Positions 24,444-33,267 of a stretch of DNA of 41,254 bases are shown in pieces. Origin of the DNA: a virus (taxonomy: Duplodnaviria; Caudoviricetes). The DNA lies in IMG/VR virus record IMGVR_UViG_3300010048_000020, positions 1 through 41,254 of that record. One strand, given 5' to 3'. The notes beneath the pieces are model-generated. The model searched no databases. It saw nothing but the letters and a program-made list of their open reading frames with translations, and was not told the origin of the DNA. Within the stretch, counting starts at the first letter, position 1; every line of letters starts with the position of its first letter. A program made the translations under genes and the position numbers.

Positions 24444-26288
24444 ATGGACACCGTTGATTTCGAGACTCAGGCAATAGAGTTCGGGAGCGGACTATCTCCA
24501 AAACCCGTAGGTGTAGCAATCTGGCAAGATGGTAAGGAAAACCCTGAATATTTAGCGTGGGGCCATCCATCCGAAAACAACTGTACGTGGGAGGACGGTC
24601 GCCGACGATTAGCGGAGGTATGGGATCATGCTCTATTCCATCACGCGAAGTTTGATACAGGCGTTGCTAGTCAGCATTTTGGCTTCGAATATCCTAGCCA
24701 TGTGGACGACACTCAATTCCTCATCTATTTGGACGACCCACACGCTGCATCTGTATCTCTTAAACCTAGCAGCGAGCGGATTCTTGGCATGCGTCCTGAT
24801 GAGCAAGACGCAGTGGGAAAATGGCTGAAAGACAACGGCAAAATACCGTGGAATACTAAGAATTGGGGCCACATGATATGCGAGGTTCCAGCCGGAATCG
24901 TAGGTACTTACGCTATCGGGGATGTGGTCCGCACACGTAAGCTCTATGACAAATTATACCCATCTATTACCGATCGTGGGATGTGTAGCGCCTACGATCG
25001 CGAAATACGCCTTAGTCCTATCCTCGGCGATGCTGAGCGGCGTGGTGTTAGGATTGACCGCGTTCGCCTTGAGCGTGACACTGAATACTATGAAAGCGCG
25101 TATAATCGCTTGGATAGTGATATTCGCAGCCATCTTGGGTGTGGTGTCAGCGTTAACTTGGATTCTGGCCCCGAGCTATGTGCCGCCATCCTATCCGCAG
25201 GCCTCGGTGTGGAAGAAGAATGGCCTCGCACTCCCACTGGCAAACTCAGCACGGCCCGTGAAAATCTCCTCATAGGGTGCAGGGATGAAAGACTCGTTGG
25301 GTTACTCGCGTACCGCTCGGCTCTCAAAACACTCCTTGGAACTTTTATGCGCGGATGGCTCCGCCTATCGAGTCGTGATGGGAGGCTTCATCCCTCCTGG
25401 AATTCGGTTAGAGGGGATGACTATGGAACCAGAACAGGACGGCTCAGCTGTAGTGACCCTAACTTGCAGAATATCCCCGACATCCTTGAAATACTTGTCC
25501 CAGACGGGTATCCGATTCTACCTGCTATGCGACAGTATATCTTACCCGAAGAAGGAGAGATAATTGTTAGCGCAGACTACAAATCGCAAGAGATGCGGCT
25601 CTTGGCTCACTTCGCGGAGGGAAGGCTACGACAAATCTACATTGATGACCCGGAGGCAGACCTTCATCAGGTCGCGGCGGAGCTGGTCACAACAGAATCT
25701 GGCATTGTCCTCATCCGCAAGCAGACAAAAGCAGTCGGGTTTGGATTGGTGTATGGTGAAGGAGTACGCTCGCTATCTAACGGACTCGGAGTTAGCTATG
25801 ATACAGCGTTCAATATACGGGATGCCTACTTCCAGTCCATGTACGGCCTTAAAGAGTTTATCGATGATGTCAGTGCTCGCAATTATGTCAGAACCCATGG
25901 TGGACGCATTATCCCAGTTGAATCTCCGAAGATAATCAATAACAAGTGGTGCGAATTCAACTACAAGCTCGTCAATTTCCTCATCCAAGGTTCCGCAGCG
26001 GACCAGACAAAAGAAAGCGTTATCCGATATCACGATGCCCCACATGCAGGCACGTTTCTAATGACTGTGCACGATGAAAACGTGTTCAGTGTTCCAGTAG
26101 ATAGTATCCATGAAGAAGTAGCTCGTATTCGCGTAGCGATGGAAGACATTGCAGGTTTCGATGTTCCTTTCAGAGTGAGCGTGGAATATGGATACGACTG
26201 GCACAATCTTACGCCCTATCAGATGGAGTTACAGCTCCCTCAGCACTTACAAAGAGTGCCCTCTACAGTACAAGCTGGATTACATTGA
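24444..26288 (+). CDS. polA: DNA polymerase family A with 3'-5' exonuclease
   Basis: Exo DFET, HHAKFD, YA..D; TGRLS..DPNLQNIP; motif A ADYKSQEMR; motif B R...K...FG..YG; motif C TVHDE; RBS GGAG. Confidence 0.95.
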   Translation: MDTVDFETQAIEFGSGLSPKPVGVAIWQDGKENPEYLAWGHPSENNCTWEDGRRRLAEVWDHALFHHAKFDTGVASQHFGFEYPSHVDDTQFLIYLDDPHAASVSLKPSSERILGMRPDEQDAVGKWLKDNGKIPWNTKNWGHMICEVPAGIVGTYAIGDVVRTRKLYDKLYPSITDRGMCSAYDREIRLSPILGDAERRGVRIDRVRLERDTEYYESAYNRLDSDIRSHLGCGVSVNLDSGPELCAAILSAGLGVEEEWPRTPTGKLSTARENLLIGCRDERLVGLLAYRSALKTLLGTFMRGWLRLSSRDGRLHPSWNSVRGDDYGTRTGRLSCSDPNLQNIPDILEILVPDGYPILPAMRQYILPEEGEIIVSADYKSQEMRLLAHFAEGRLRQIYIDDPEADLHQVAAELVTTESGIVLIRKQTKAVGFGLVYGEGVRSLSNGLGVSYDTAFNIRDAYFQSMYGLKEFIDDVSARNYVRTHGGRIIPVESPKIINNKWCEFNYKLVNFLIQGSAADQTKESVIRYHDAPHAGTFLMTVHDENVFSVPVDSIHEEVARIRVAMEDIAGFDVPFRVSVEYGYDWHNLTPYQMELQLPQHLQRVPSTVQAGLH

Positions 26289-26880
26289 CGGACTAGGCGC
26301 GGAGCCCGGAGCTGCGGCCAGCCGGGGCTCGCGCCTGCACAAGAATGCGGAGGACTATATCAAAACTACGGACAACGTAGTGATGCTAGAAAAGGATATG
26401 ATTCCGCTAGGCCCAGAGCTTGAGCGTATGAAGCAGACGGGATGGAAGAGTGAAGAAGTCTGGCTCGCCGATAAAGGTTGGTTCCCGGTGTTTATGGAAG
26501 AGGAAGCTTGGATTAAAGCTGTTGTGGATCTGCATTATCTTGACGGAGATATCCTTGATATACGTGATCTTAAGTCAGGCCGTCGATACCCGGAACACGC
26601 TGACCAGTTACAAATCTACGCGTTGATGGGGATGAAGAGATTTCCTGACATTAAGAGGGTTGATGTTAGTGCGTGGTACATTGACGAAGGAGGTGCAAGT
26701 GGACATCAAGCGTCTTACATGCCTGCCATGTTCGACTATTATGCTGCGGGATGGAACGAACTGGCACTACGGATGTTTGCCGATCAGACCTTTACCGCTA
26801 CTCCATCTAAGTCAGTATGTAGATGGTGTCCCTTCCGGGCTAGCAAGGGAGGTCCTTGCGAATTGGGAGACTTATGGTGA
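26188..26880 (+). CDS. PD-(D/E)XK exonuclease (Cas4/RecB-like)
   Basis: WSYSSL..Y..CP, G..LH, VVD...DLKSG, QL..YA, C.WCPF...C. Confidence 0.85.
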   Translation: MDTTGTILRPIRWSYSSLSTYKECPLQYKLDYIDGLGAEPGAAASRGSRLHKNAEDYIKTTDNVVMLEKDMIPLGPELERMKQTGWKSEEVWLADKGWFPVFMEEEAWIKAVVDLHYLDGDILDIRDLKSGRRYPEHADQLQIYALMGMKRFPDIKRVDVSAWYIDEGGASGHQASYMPAMFDYYAAGWNELALRMFADQTFTATPSKSVCRWCPFRASKGGPCELGDLW

Positions 26881-27092
26881 GCTGCCCGAGATGCGGAAGT
26901 AATGACCTCTGGGATGACAATCTATGGTGGGGCTGTAACCACTGTGGATGGGCGTGCGGCCCAGACGGTCCAACGATGGTCCTTGCAAGGGACATTCCGG
27001 GATTGGCTAGGAATCTGAAAGATATTCCTACTCCACCTAACTTCATTTATCTGGTGCCAGATAATGGTGATGGAGATCAAGATCGAAAATGA
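26874..27092 (+). CDS. Small Zn-ribbon protein
   Basis: CPRCGS...CNHCGW; RBS GGAG. Confidence 0.55.
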   Translation: MVSCPRCGSNDLWDDNLWWGCNHCGWACGPDGPTMVLARDIPGLARNLKDIPTPPNFIYLVPDNGDGDQDRK

Positions 27093-27372
27093 TGTCAGAG
27101 CTCTGGCGCAGGATGAGCTAGGCATCACATCGATTAAGCTGAACCTAACAGGGAATCGTGGCTGGCCAGACGTCATCTTTATGTTTGAGGGTCACGTTTT
27201 CTTTATGGAATTCAAACGTCCTGACGAAATGCCTAGGGAGCTACAAGTCTTCAGGATTAAATGGTTGCTGGCGAATAAATTCCCTGTGCTAGTATGTGAT
27301 AACGTGTACCAAGGTATGGAGGCATTAAAGAGATGGAAACAGTCAATTCTTGGCAACGATTCGCTGAAGTAA
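27064..27372 (+). CDS. VRR-NUC domain nuclease
   Basis: E..IE, GWPD...F.EFKRP....R.LQ motif. Confidence 0.85.
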   Translation: MVMEIKIENDVRALAQDELGITSIKLNLTGNRGWPDVIFMFEGHVFFMEFKRPDEMPRELQVFRIKWLLANKFPVLVCDNVYQGMEALKRWKQSILGNDSLK

Positions 27373-28169
27373 CGATAGCAACAAATGATTTAGATCCAGT
27401 GTATCAGGTGGCGCGCGGCGCACGGTGTATCTACGGTGATGACTGGGCCGCACGCTTCTGCATGCACTTCCTACTGTCGTATCACATGGGAGGGTCTGCC
27501 AAAGCGGCGACGGAAGAATGGTCATGGGATCGTTACAAGTATGAGTTTGATACCATGTGGCGTGGCACGGAGCGCAGACACTATAGAGGTGCGCAGGGCC
27601 GCAACGCGTTGGGACGCCTAGCCGCAGCCTCAGAAAGTCCTCTGCACGCTTTCCGCGCCATGGTAGCGCCCAACTATACCGCGCTGCGCAAGATGTTCTC
27701 AGGAGGACGTTTTGAGCGCTGTGGTTTTGGAGATTATTTCATATGGAAAACACTGGATTTTCAGACGAGGGTGTTCGACAACCAGATAGCACTGAGCTTG
27801 GAGGAAGCCAACGTCGGCTTGCCCACGGATCCTCGCCAAGCAGCGCTTGGCCTTTTCCCACAGGATCCATTGATTCGATGTCTGGAAATAGTAACGGACC
27901 ATATATCCAACTTCCACTTACCATTCGGCGGGCCCGGTTACTGTGGGATCCAAGAAGCGGAGACGGTACTCTGTATGTTGAAGGGAGCTTTCATTACACG
28001 GAAACACCAGATAGGTGATGACATCGAGGACAAGAGGAAAGCGCTGGATGGCTGGCCTGACCTCCAAAGACTGATGCCGTTCAGCTGCATCGGCCAGTAC
28101 AAGGTGGGAACATTACATGAAGTGGAACCCGCACTCGTTTCAAATAGTGGGGGTGCAATGGATGCTTGA
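27333..28169 (+). CDS. Amine/amino acid:DNA transferase (aGPT-Pplase clade 2 / ADDT family)
   Basis: DLDPVY, RG.ERRH.RG, GFG....WK..D, CG.QEAET.LC..K and G.DI motifs; hypermodification neighbourhood. Confidence 0.85.
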   Translation: METVNSWQRFAEVTIATNDLDPVYQVARGARCIYGDDWAARFCMHFLLSYHMGGSAKAATEEWSWDRYKYEFDTMWRGTERRHYRGAQGRNALGRLAAASESPLHAFRAMVAPNYTALRKMFSGGRFERCGFGDYFIWKTLDFQTRVFDNQIALSLEEANVGLPTDPRQAALGLFPQDPLIRCLEIVTDHISNFHLPFGGPGYCGIQEAETVLCMLKGAFITRKHQIGDDIEDKRKALDGWPDLQRLMPFSCIGQYKVGTLHEVEPALVSNSGGAMDA

Positions 28170-29493
28170 GCATGCGGGGTCTGGGATTATCCTGGACCCC
28201 GGCATGGGTAAGACTTCCATCGCGCTCGCCGTGTTGGATGTGCTGTTGTCTGTGAGGAAAGTCACTAAGGTATTAGTCATTGCTCCTCTCCGTGTATGTC
28301 GTCTAGTCTGGCCGTTGGAGAGGGATAAGTGGGATGATTTCAACCACATGGATATCTGTAATCTTTGTGAGCTGGATGAGAAGGAACGCATCCGGTTGTT
28401 GAAGGAAAACCATGCCATATATCTTATCAACCCGGAGTCCCTTAAGAATCTACTATCGCCTAAACTCTGGGCCGGACAAGGGTTTGACTGTCTCGTTGTG
28501 GACGAGAGCACGAAGTTCAAAGACACCCAAACCCAACGATTCAAAGCTCTTAAACCTTTCCTACCTCAATTTAAGAGGCGCTATATTCTTACAGGTACGC
28601 CTTCCCCTAACGGGTATGAGGATTTGTTTGGACAGATGTACATTGTGGATTTGGGGAAGACGCTGGGACGTTTTATCACTCACTATCGGGCGCAATATTT
28701 CCGACAGGATCCATTCAACACCTATGGACTAGAGCTGATGCCGGGGGCGGCAAAGGAAATCCAGGAGAAGTTGAAAGAAAGCCTTATCTCCTTCAACGAG
28801 AAGGACTTCATCGAACTGCCGGAGCTGATACATGACAAAATTTATATTGACCTTCCCCCCACTGCAAGGAAGCACTATATTGATATGCAGCGGAGATTCT
28901 TTACACTTCTGGAGTCAGGTGAGCCTGTCTTTGCTCCGAACGCCGCAGTTGTCGGAGGGAAATGTCGTCAAATCGCTAATGGTGGCCTTTACATTCAGGA
29001 AGAAAACAACCGTCGTGGCTTTAGTGCGCTTCACTTTGAAAAGCTCAGAGCATTGGGGGATCTGGTTGAACAGTTGCAAGGTCAACCGATGCTTACCGCC
29101 TATGAGTTTCAGTTTGATGCGGAAGCCATTGAAAAGGCGATTCCCAGAACTATCAATATGACTGCAACCAAGGAACTGGAGGCAGTGAATGACGCGTTTA
29201 ATAGAGGCCTTATTCCTCACCTCATTGGTCACCCTGCTAGTATGGGCCATGGTCTCAATCTTCAAGGTCACTGTAATCATATCTGTATGTACGGGATTAA
29301 CTGGAATTACGAATGGTTTAAGCAGTTCCTTAAGCGCGTGTATAGACAAGGTAATTCTGCTGAACACGTCACTCTCCACTGGATCATTGCTAGAAACACT
29401 TTGGATGAAAGAGTAATGGATGTCCTATCCAGCAAGGGTGCCAGTGATGATGAAATAAAGAGAGCACTTGTTCCTAGTAAGGAGGCAGCATGA
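28117..29493 (+). CDS. SNF2-family helicase
   Basis: DPGMGKT, VIAPLRV, VVDES, LTGTP, GHGLNLQ, R.YRQG. Confidence 0.92.
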   Translation: MKWNPHSFQIVGVQWMLEHAGSGIILDPGMGKTSIALAVLDVLLSVRKVTKVLVIAPLRVCRLVWPLERDKWDDFNHMDICNLCELDEKERIRLLKENHAIYLINPESLKNLLSPKLWAGQGFDCLVVDESTKFKDTQTQRFKALKPFLPQFKRRYILTGTPSPNGYEDLFGQMYIVDLGKTLGRFITHYRAQYFRQDPFNTYGLELMPGAAKEIQEKLKESLISFNEKDFIELPELIHDKIYIDLPPTARKHYIDMQRRFFTLLESGEPVFAPNAAVVGGKCRQIANGGLYIQEENNRRGFSALHFEKLRALGDLVEQLQGQPMLTAYEFQFDAEAIEKAIPRTINMTATKELEAVNDAFNRGLIPHLIGHPASMGHGLNLQGHCNHICMYGINWNYEWFKQFLKRVYRQGNSAEHVTLHWIIARNTLDERVMDVLSSKGASDDEIKRALVPSKEAA

Positions 29494-30068
29494 ATGCTAT
29501 AATAACAGGGCCAGTAAGGGTAAAGCTCCACGGCACATGTGGAGCTGGCAAAACAACGATAGCTAGACAATTTTTCAAAGAAGCTAAAAATGTCGAACCA
29601 ATCCAAAGCAATTACAATCGTAAACGTATTGAGGCGTACCGCCTCGACATGGGGTGGAATAAGAGTCTGTACGTGTTGGGGTCGTATGAATCAGTATGTG
29701 GAGGACTGGACACATGCGATGCCGACACCTGTGTGGACTTGGTGTCCCGGTATGGTAATCTGGATGGGCACGTACTATACGAATCAATGATAGCCTCAGG
29801 CTTCTATGGGCGGATGGGAAAGGTGAGCGAACAATGGGGGCCAAACCACATTTTCGCTTTTCTAACCACGCCCATTGAAGTCTGTATCCAAAGGACAGAA
29901 CAGCGGCGTAGGGAACGTGGGGATCTCCGGCCGCTTGACCCTGTGAATGTCATAGATAAGGACGCTGCCATGCAGAAGCTTATCAAGCGACTGCAAGGTC
30001 CACTCAACCGTGAAGTCCGTTTTGTATCGAGCTATGAAGATGTCAGATATCTCTTCACCGAACCTTGA
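29490..30068 (+). CDS. P-loop kinase, putative 5-hmdU DNA kinase
   Basis: GTCGAGKTT, V.G.Y...CGG.D, V.YE, FL.TP.E.C..R...RR; adjacent to aGPT-Pplase1 and dUMP hydroxymethylase. Confidence 0.82.
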   Translation: MNAIITGPVRVKLHGTCGAGKTTIARQFFKEAKNVEPIQSNYNRKRIEAYRLDMGWNKSLYVLGSYESVCGGLDTCDADTCVDLVSRYGNLDGHVLYESMIASGFYGRMGKVSEQWGPNHIFAFLTTPIEVCIQRTEQRRRERGDLRPLDPVNVIDKDAAMQKLIKRLQGPLNREVRFVSSYEDVRYLFTEP

Positions 30069-30897
30069 ACTCTTCGACCTGTTCAAGTATTTTGTAGCTG
30101 AGCGTTGGCGTATCCACATTGCAAAGGATGAAGAGAAGTTGCCCGCTCCGTGGACAACTGATCCTATCCCGCAGAAGTATCGGTTCTGCAACGTTATGCG
30201 GGAACACGACAAGGTGACTAAATGGATAGCCGCCAACTGGCGGAATCCAAACCGCATCAACCCCATGTTGCCGTTCAACATGGCCGTGGCGCGGCTGATT
30301 AACTACCCTCCCACCCTGGAAGAAATAGGGTACAGTTACTTTTGGACGCCGGAGCAATCTGGGCGCATGCGTAACATCATCAAAGACCGTCAGAACAGAG
30401 GTGACAAATGCTTCTCCAGCGCCTACATGGTTACTGGCACAGAATCAAAGGGGATGGAAAAGGTAGACTTCGTATTGCTAATCCTGAACCGGTTGTGGGA
30501 AGTCTATCCCCGTATGAAGTTCAACTCATTAGAGGAGTTCGCAAACTCCGTCCAGGTAAAAGGGATCAGTTCATTTTTGTCTGGCCAGATAGTAGCGGAC
30601 GTGAAGTATACACCATGGTTAAAGCAAGCCCCCGACTGGTGGACGTGGTCCACTCCTGGGCCGGGAAGCATTCGTGGATTGAACCGGTTATGGAACCTGC
30701 CGATAGAGCGACAGATGAATGGTGGTGAATTCCAAGATAGGATGCAGATAGTCGGGGCAGTAGGTCTGGGGTTAGCTATCCACTTCCAGGACCTGCAGAA
30801 TTGTCTCTGTGAGTTTGACAAGTATTGTCGTGTGAAGTTTGGGCAGGGACAACCGAAACAACTTTACGTCCCCACTGGACCAGGAGTATTTCCATGA
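30040..30897 (+). CDS. aGPT-Pplase clade 1 protein (HhH-glycosylase-fold, hmdU-DNA modification associated); start uncertain
   Basis: F..ER..I.......PWT.DP....YRFCNV.RE.D, AR..N, F.SAY, PGPG..RGL, QN.LCEFDKY motifs. Confidence 0.88.
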   Translation: MSDISSPNLELFDLFKYFVAERWRIHIAKDEEKLPAPWTTDPIPQKYRFCNVMREHDKVTKWIAANWRNPNRINPMLPFNMAVARLINYPPTLEEIGYSYFWTPEQSGRMRNIIKDRQNRGDKCFSSAYMVTGTESKGMEKVDFVLLILNRLWEVYPRMKFNSLEEFANSVQVKGISSFLSGQIVADVKYTPWLKQAPDWWTWSTPGPGSIRGLNRLWNLPIERQMNGGEFQDRMQIVGAVGLGLAIHFQDLQNCLCEFDKYCRVKFGQGQPKQLYVPTGPGVFP

Positions 30898-31877
30898 GCA
30901 TACTCAGCCTCACTGCAAGGAACGTCAACGATGCGTACGAGACTGCACTATGGGCGTTCCACACCTTACCTGACCTCCATACGGAAGATTCCCGTGGAGG
31001 GCCAGTTTTCAGGTATCCTACGCCCGTCTGCATGGAATATGACAAGCCTAACGAGCGGGTATTATTCAACGCTCACCGCGACGCTAACCCGTTTTTCCAT
31101 TACATGGAGGGCGTTTGGATGCTTGCGGGGGAAGATGAAATACAGTGGCTCAGCCAGTTTAACGATCAAATCCAGGGCTATTCTGATGACGGAAGAACGC
31201 TCCATGGGGCATACGGCAACAGATGGTCCTTCCATTTCAACCATTGCCAGCTCATTGATAATATTAGTCATCTTCGGAAAAATCCGAAGTCGCGCCGGGT
31301 GGTACTCGCAATGTACGATCCTGACATTGACGCGCTCATCGAGTACTCTGGGAAAGATGTCCCCTGCAACACCCATATCTATTTTGCGGTTCGTGACGGG
31401 CGTCTAGACATGACAGTCATGGCCCGCAGCAATGACCTGATCTGGGGCGCGACGGGGGCCAACGCAGTTCACATGTCTATGCTCCATGAATTCGTCGCCA
31501 TCCAAACCGGTCTGCATCTAGGTCGGATGTATCAGTTTTCTAATGACTACCACATTTACGCTGAAAGGTATCACCCTGACGAGCTCATCAAACACCTGGA
31601 CGGGTTCCAGCCGTACGAATGGATGGACACCCCACCTAGACGTCTGTGCGAGTACTACCCACAGCCGATGGATTTTCTGGAAGAGTGCAAGGCGTTCATC
31701 GAAGGAAAGTGGTCCAGCCTTCATGACCCTATGTGGCAGGAACTGGCGTGCCCGATGAAGAACGCGTGGGATTGTTTCATAGCAGGGGAGATGGATGGGG
31801 CGCTGTCCATCTGCCAGTACATTCAGGCGGAGGACTGGCGCAAGGGTTGCACTGACTGGTTAAAGAGGAGGATGTAA
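30894..31877 (+). CDS. dUMP hydroxymethylase (thymidylate synthase family)
   Basis: SR.G, RDANPFFH..E..WMLAG, GAYG.RW, KDVPCN catalytic Cys, RSND.IWGA.GAN with Asn (dUMP-type); ATG overlaps the upstream stop. Confidence 0.88.
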   Translation: MSILSLTARNVNDAYETALWAFHTLPDLHTEDSRGGPVFRYPTPVCMEYDKPNERVLFNAHRDANPFFHYMEGVWMLAGEDEIQWLSQFNDQIQGYSDDGRTLHGAYGNRWSFHFNHCQLIDNISHLRKNPKSRRVVLAMYDPDIDALIEYSGKDVPCNTHIYFAVRDGRLDMTVMARSNDLIWGATGANAVHMSMLHEFVAIQTGLHLGRMYQFSNDYHIYAERYHPDELIKHLDGFQPYEWMDTPPRRLCEYYPQPMDFLEECKAFIEGKWSSLHDPMWQELACPMKNAWDCFIAGEMDGALSICQYIQAEDWRKGCTDWLKRRM

Positions 31878-32140
31878 TGCAGAGGCTCACCACTGTCTGT
31901 CCCCATTGTGGGGAGACACATACAGGGGTGAGCTGCTTCGCTCACCCTCACGCGTTGCCCGTCGATGGCGACTGCCACATATGCATCAAGTGTGGAGGTT
32001 GGGGCATAATGGAGAAGGGAAAGCTGCGGCTCCCCACGTTGGTTGAATTGTTAAGGATGTCAGTAGACAATGAGGTCATGCGCACGCAGCGCGCGTGGCG
32101 CGCGATGGACAAACGGAGGAAAGAAAATGAAGGATGTTGA
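31877..32140 (+). CDS. Small Zn-finger protein
   Basis: CPHCG...P..GD..IC.KCG; RBS AGGAGG. Confidence 0.65.
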   Translation: MQRLTTVCPHCGETHTGVSCFAHPHALPVDGDCHICIKCGGWGIMEKGKLRLPTLVELLRMSVDNEVMRTQRAWRAMDKRRKENEGC

Positions 32141-32708
32141 GATTCCACTGCCGGGTTTTCCAGTTGACCCGTTCATGATTTACGAATGCAACACGGTCAA
32201 GCGTTATCACACCATCTACACTACGCGCGCGCAGAACACAGGAGAGCACTGTGCCAACATGATGGGTCTACTATTCTGCACTGGCTACGAGTTCAGCCGT
32301 GAGCTAGTCTTTGCAATCATGACCCATGACTACCCAGAAATGTGGACAGGCGACATGCCCGCGCACGCCAAGATGTATCACTCCTCCATCAAGCGCGGCT
32401 TTGACCAGATGGAGGAAGAGTGGTATATGTCCCATGGAATAGCACTGCCGGTGCTGAGCGCGGAAGACCAGTGGATGCTAAAATGGTTGGACGTAGCGGA
32501 GCTTTGTGCATTTTGTCAAACGGAACTTAAACGTGGCAATCAAGATGTTCTGCCGTGTTACACTAGGGGTAGTGTCTGGTTAGCAAGTCTCCTAGATGAT
32601 CGTTCCATGCTTAAGCTTCCTGACTACGTAAGGGATCGCATTGACGATATGAGTGACAGGATTCTAGGAGAAGGTGATGTCTGCGAATCAGAGACAAGTA
32701 GGGGGTAA
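32127..32708 (+). CDS. HD-domain deoxynucleotide phosphohydrolase (YfbR-like)
   Basis: VKRYHT, Q...EH, HD..E..TGD.P...K, LK..D..E; RBS GGAGG. Confidence 0.85.
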   Translation: MKDVEIPLPGFPVDPFMIYECNTVKRYHTIYTTRAQNTGEHCANMMGLLFCTGYEFSRELVFAIMTHDYPEMWTGDMPAHAKMYHSSIKRGFDQMEEEWYMSHGIALPVLSAEDQWMLKWLDVAELCAFCQTELKRGNQDVLPCYTRGSVWLASLLDDRSMLKLPDYVRDRIDDMSDRILGEGDVCESETSRG

Positions 32709-33267
32709 TCACTATCAGTCCAACCTGCAACATTGGGACTATGTCGTTGCCAATAATCTAGATTACTTCCAAGCCCAAATCACAAAATACGTTACGCGTT
32801 GGAAGAGAAAAGGAGGCATCCGTGATCTTGAGAAAGCACAACACTTCCTGGAGAAGTATATCGAAGTGGCCCGTTCAGACCCGGAGTTTTGCATGGCAGA
32901 GAGCATGCGAGCGGAGGAGGATGGAAATCTATGTCCTCCTGGGGACAGTGAGTGGCCTAATCGTGTGCGCTTTGATAATGTACATGGCGAGGTGACTAAT
33001 GCAAATCAGCAAGAACGGAATTACGGTGGAAGTACCGATTGGGCTCCCGACCAATGGGAACGTGAAAGACGGCTATCAGGTCTTTCTACAGGAGGAGACG
33101 GACAAGCTAATCCGGCAGCATGTGGAGGCCCTGACCTACTTGCCAAAGTATATATGGGAGGAGTGGAACCGTGTCCTCCATCCGTTCGCAGGACTGGGGG
33201 TGACGGCCCAAGTCTTGGACAAGGGTACAGGCCGGCAACTGACCCACCGCATGTGGGAAAGGGATAA
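32677..33267 (+). CDS. DUF3310 protein (T7 gp1.7-like nucleotide kinase family) with C-terminal run-on
   Basis: AN..QVGG.HY...Q.WD, KYV.RW..K.G..DL.KA.H.L motif. Confidence 0.8.
   Translation: MSANQRQVGGNHYQSNLQHWDYVVANNLDYFQAQITKYVTRWKRKGGIRDLEKAQHFLEKYIEVARSDPEFCMAESMRAEEDGNLCPPGDSEWPNRVRFDNVHGEVTNANQQERNYGGSTDWAPDQWERERRLSGLSTGGDGQANPAACGGPDLLAKVYMGGVEPCPPSVRRTGGDGPSLGQGYRPATDPPHVGKG

Noticed and set aside
26188-26880. Cas4-like gene as a CRISPR component
   Set aside because: No array or other cas genes; ordinary phage exonuclease context.
30894-31877. Canonical thyA or dCMP hydroxymethylase
   Set aside because: Lacks the canonical ThyA PFN signature and has Asn rather than Asp at the specificity position; neighbours indicate dUMP hydroxymethylase.
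32127-32708. DatZ / Z-genome system
   Set aside because: No PurZ or MazZ recognised; context is hmdU, not diaminopurine.
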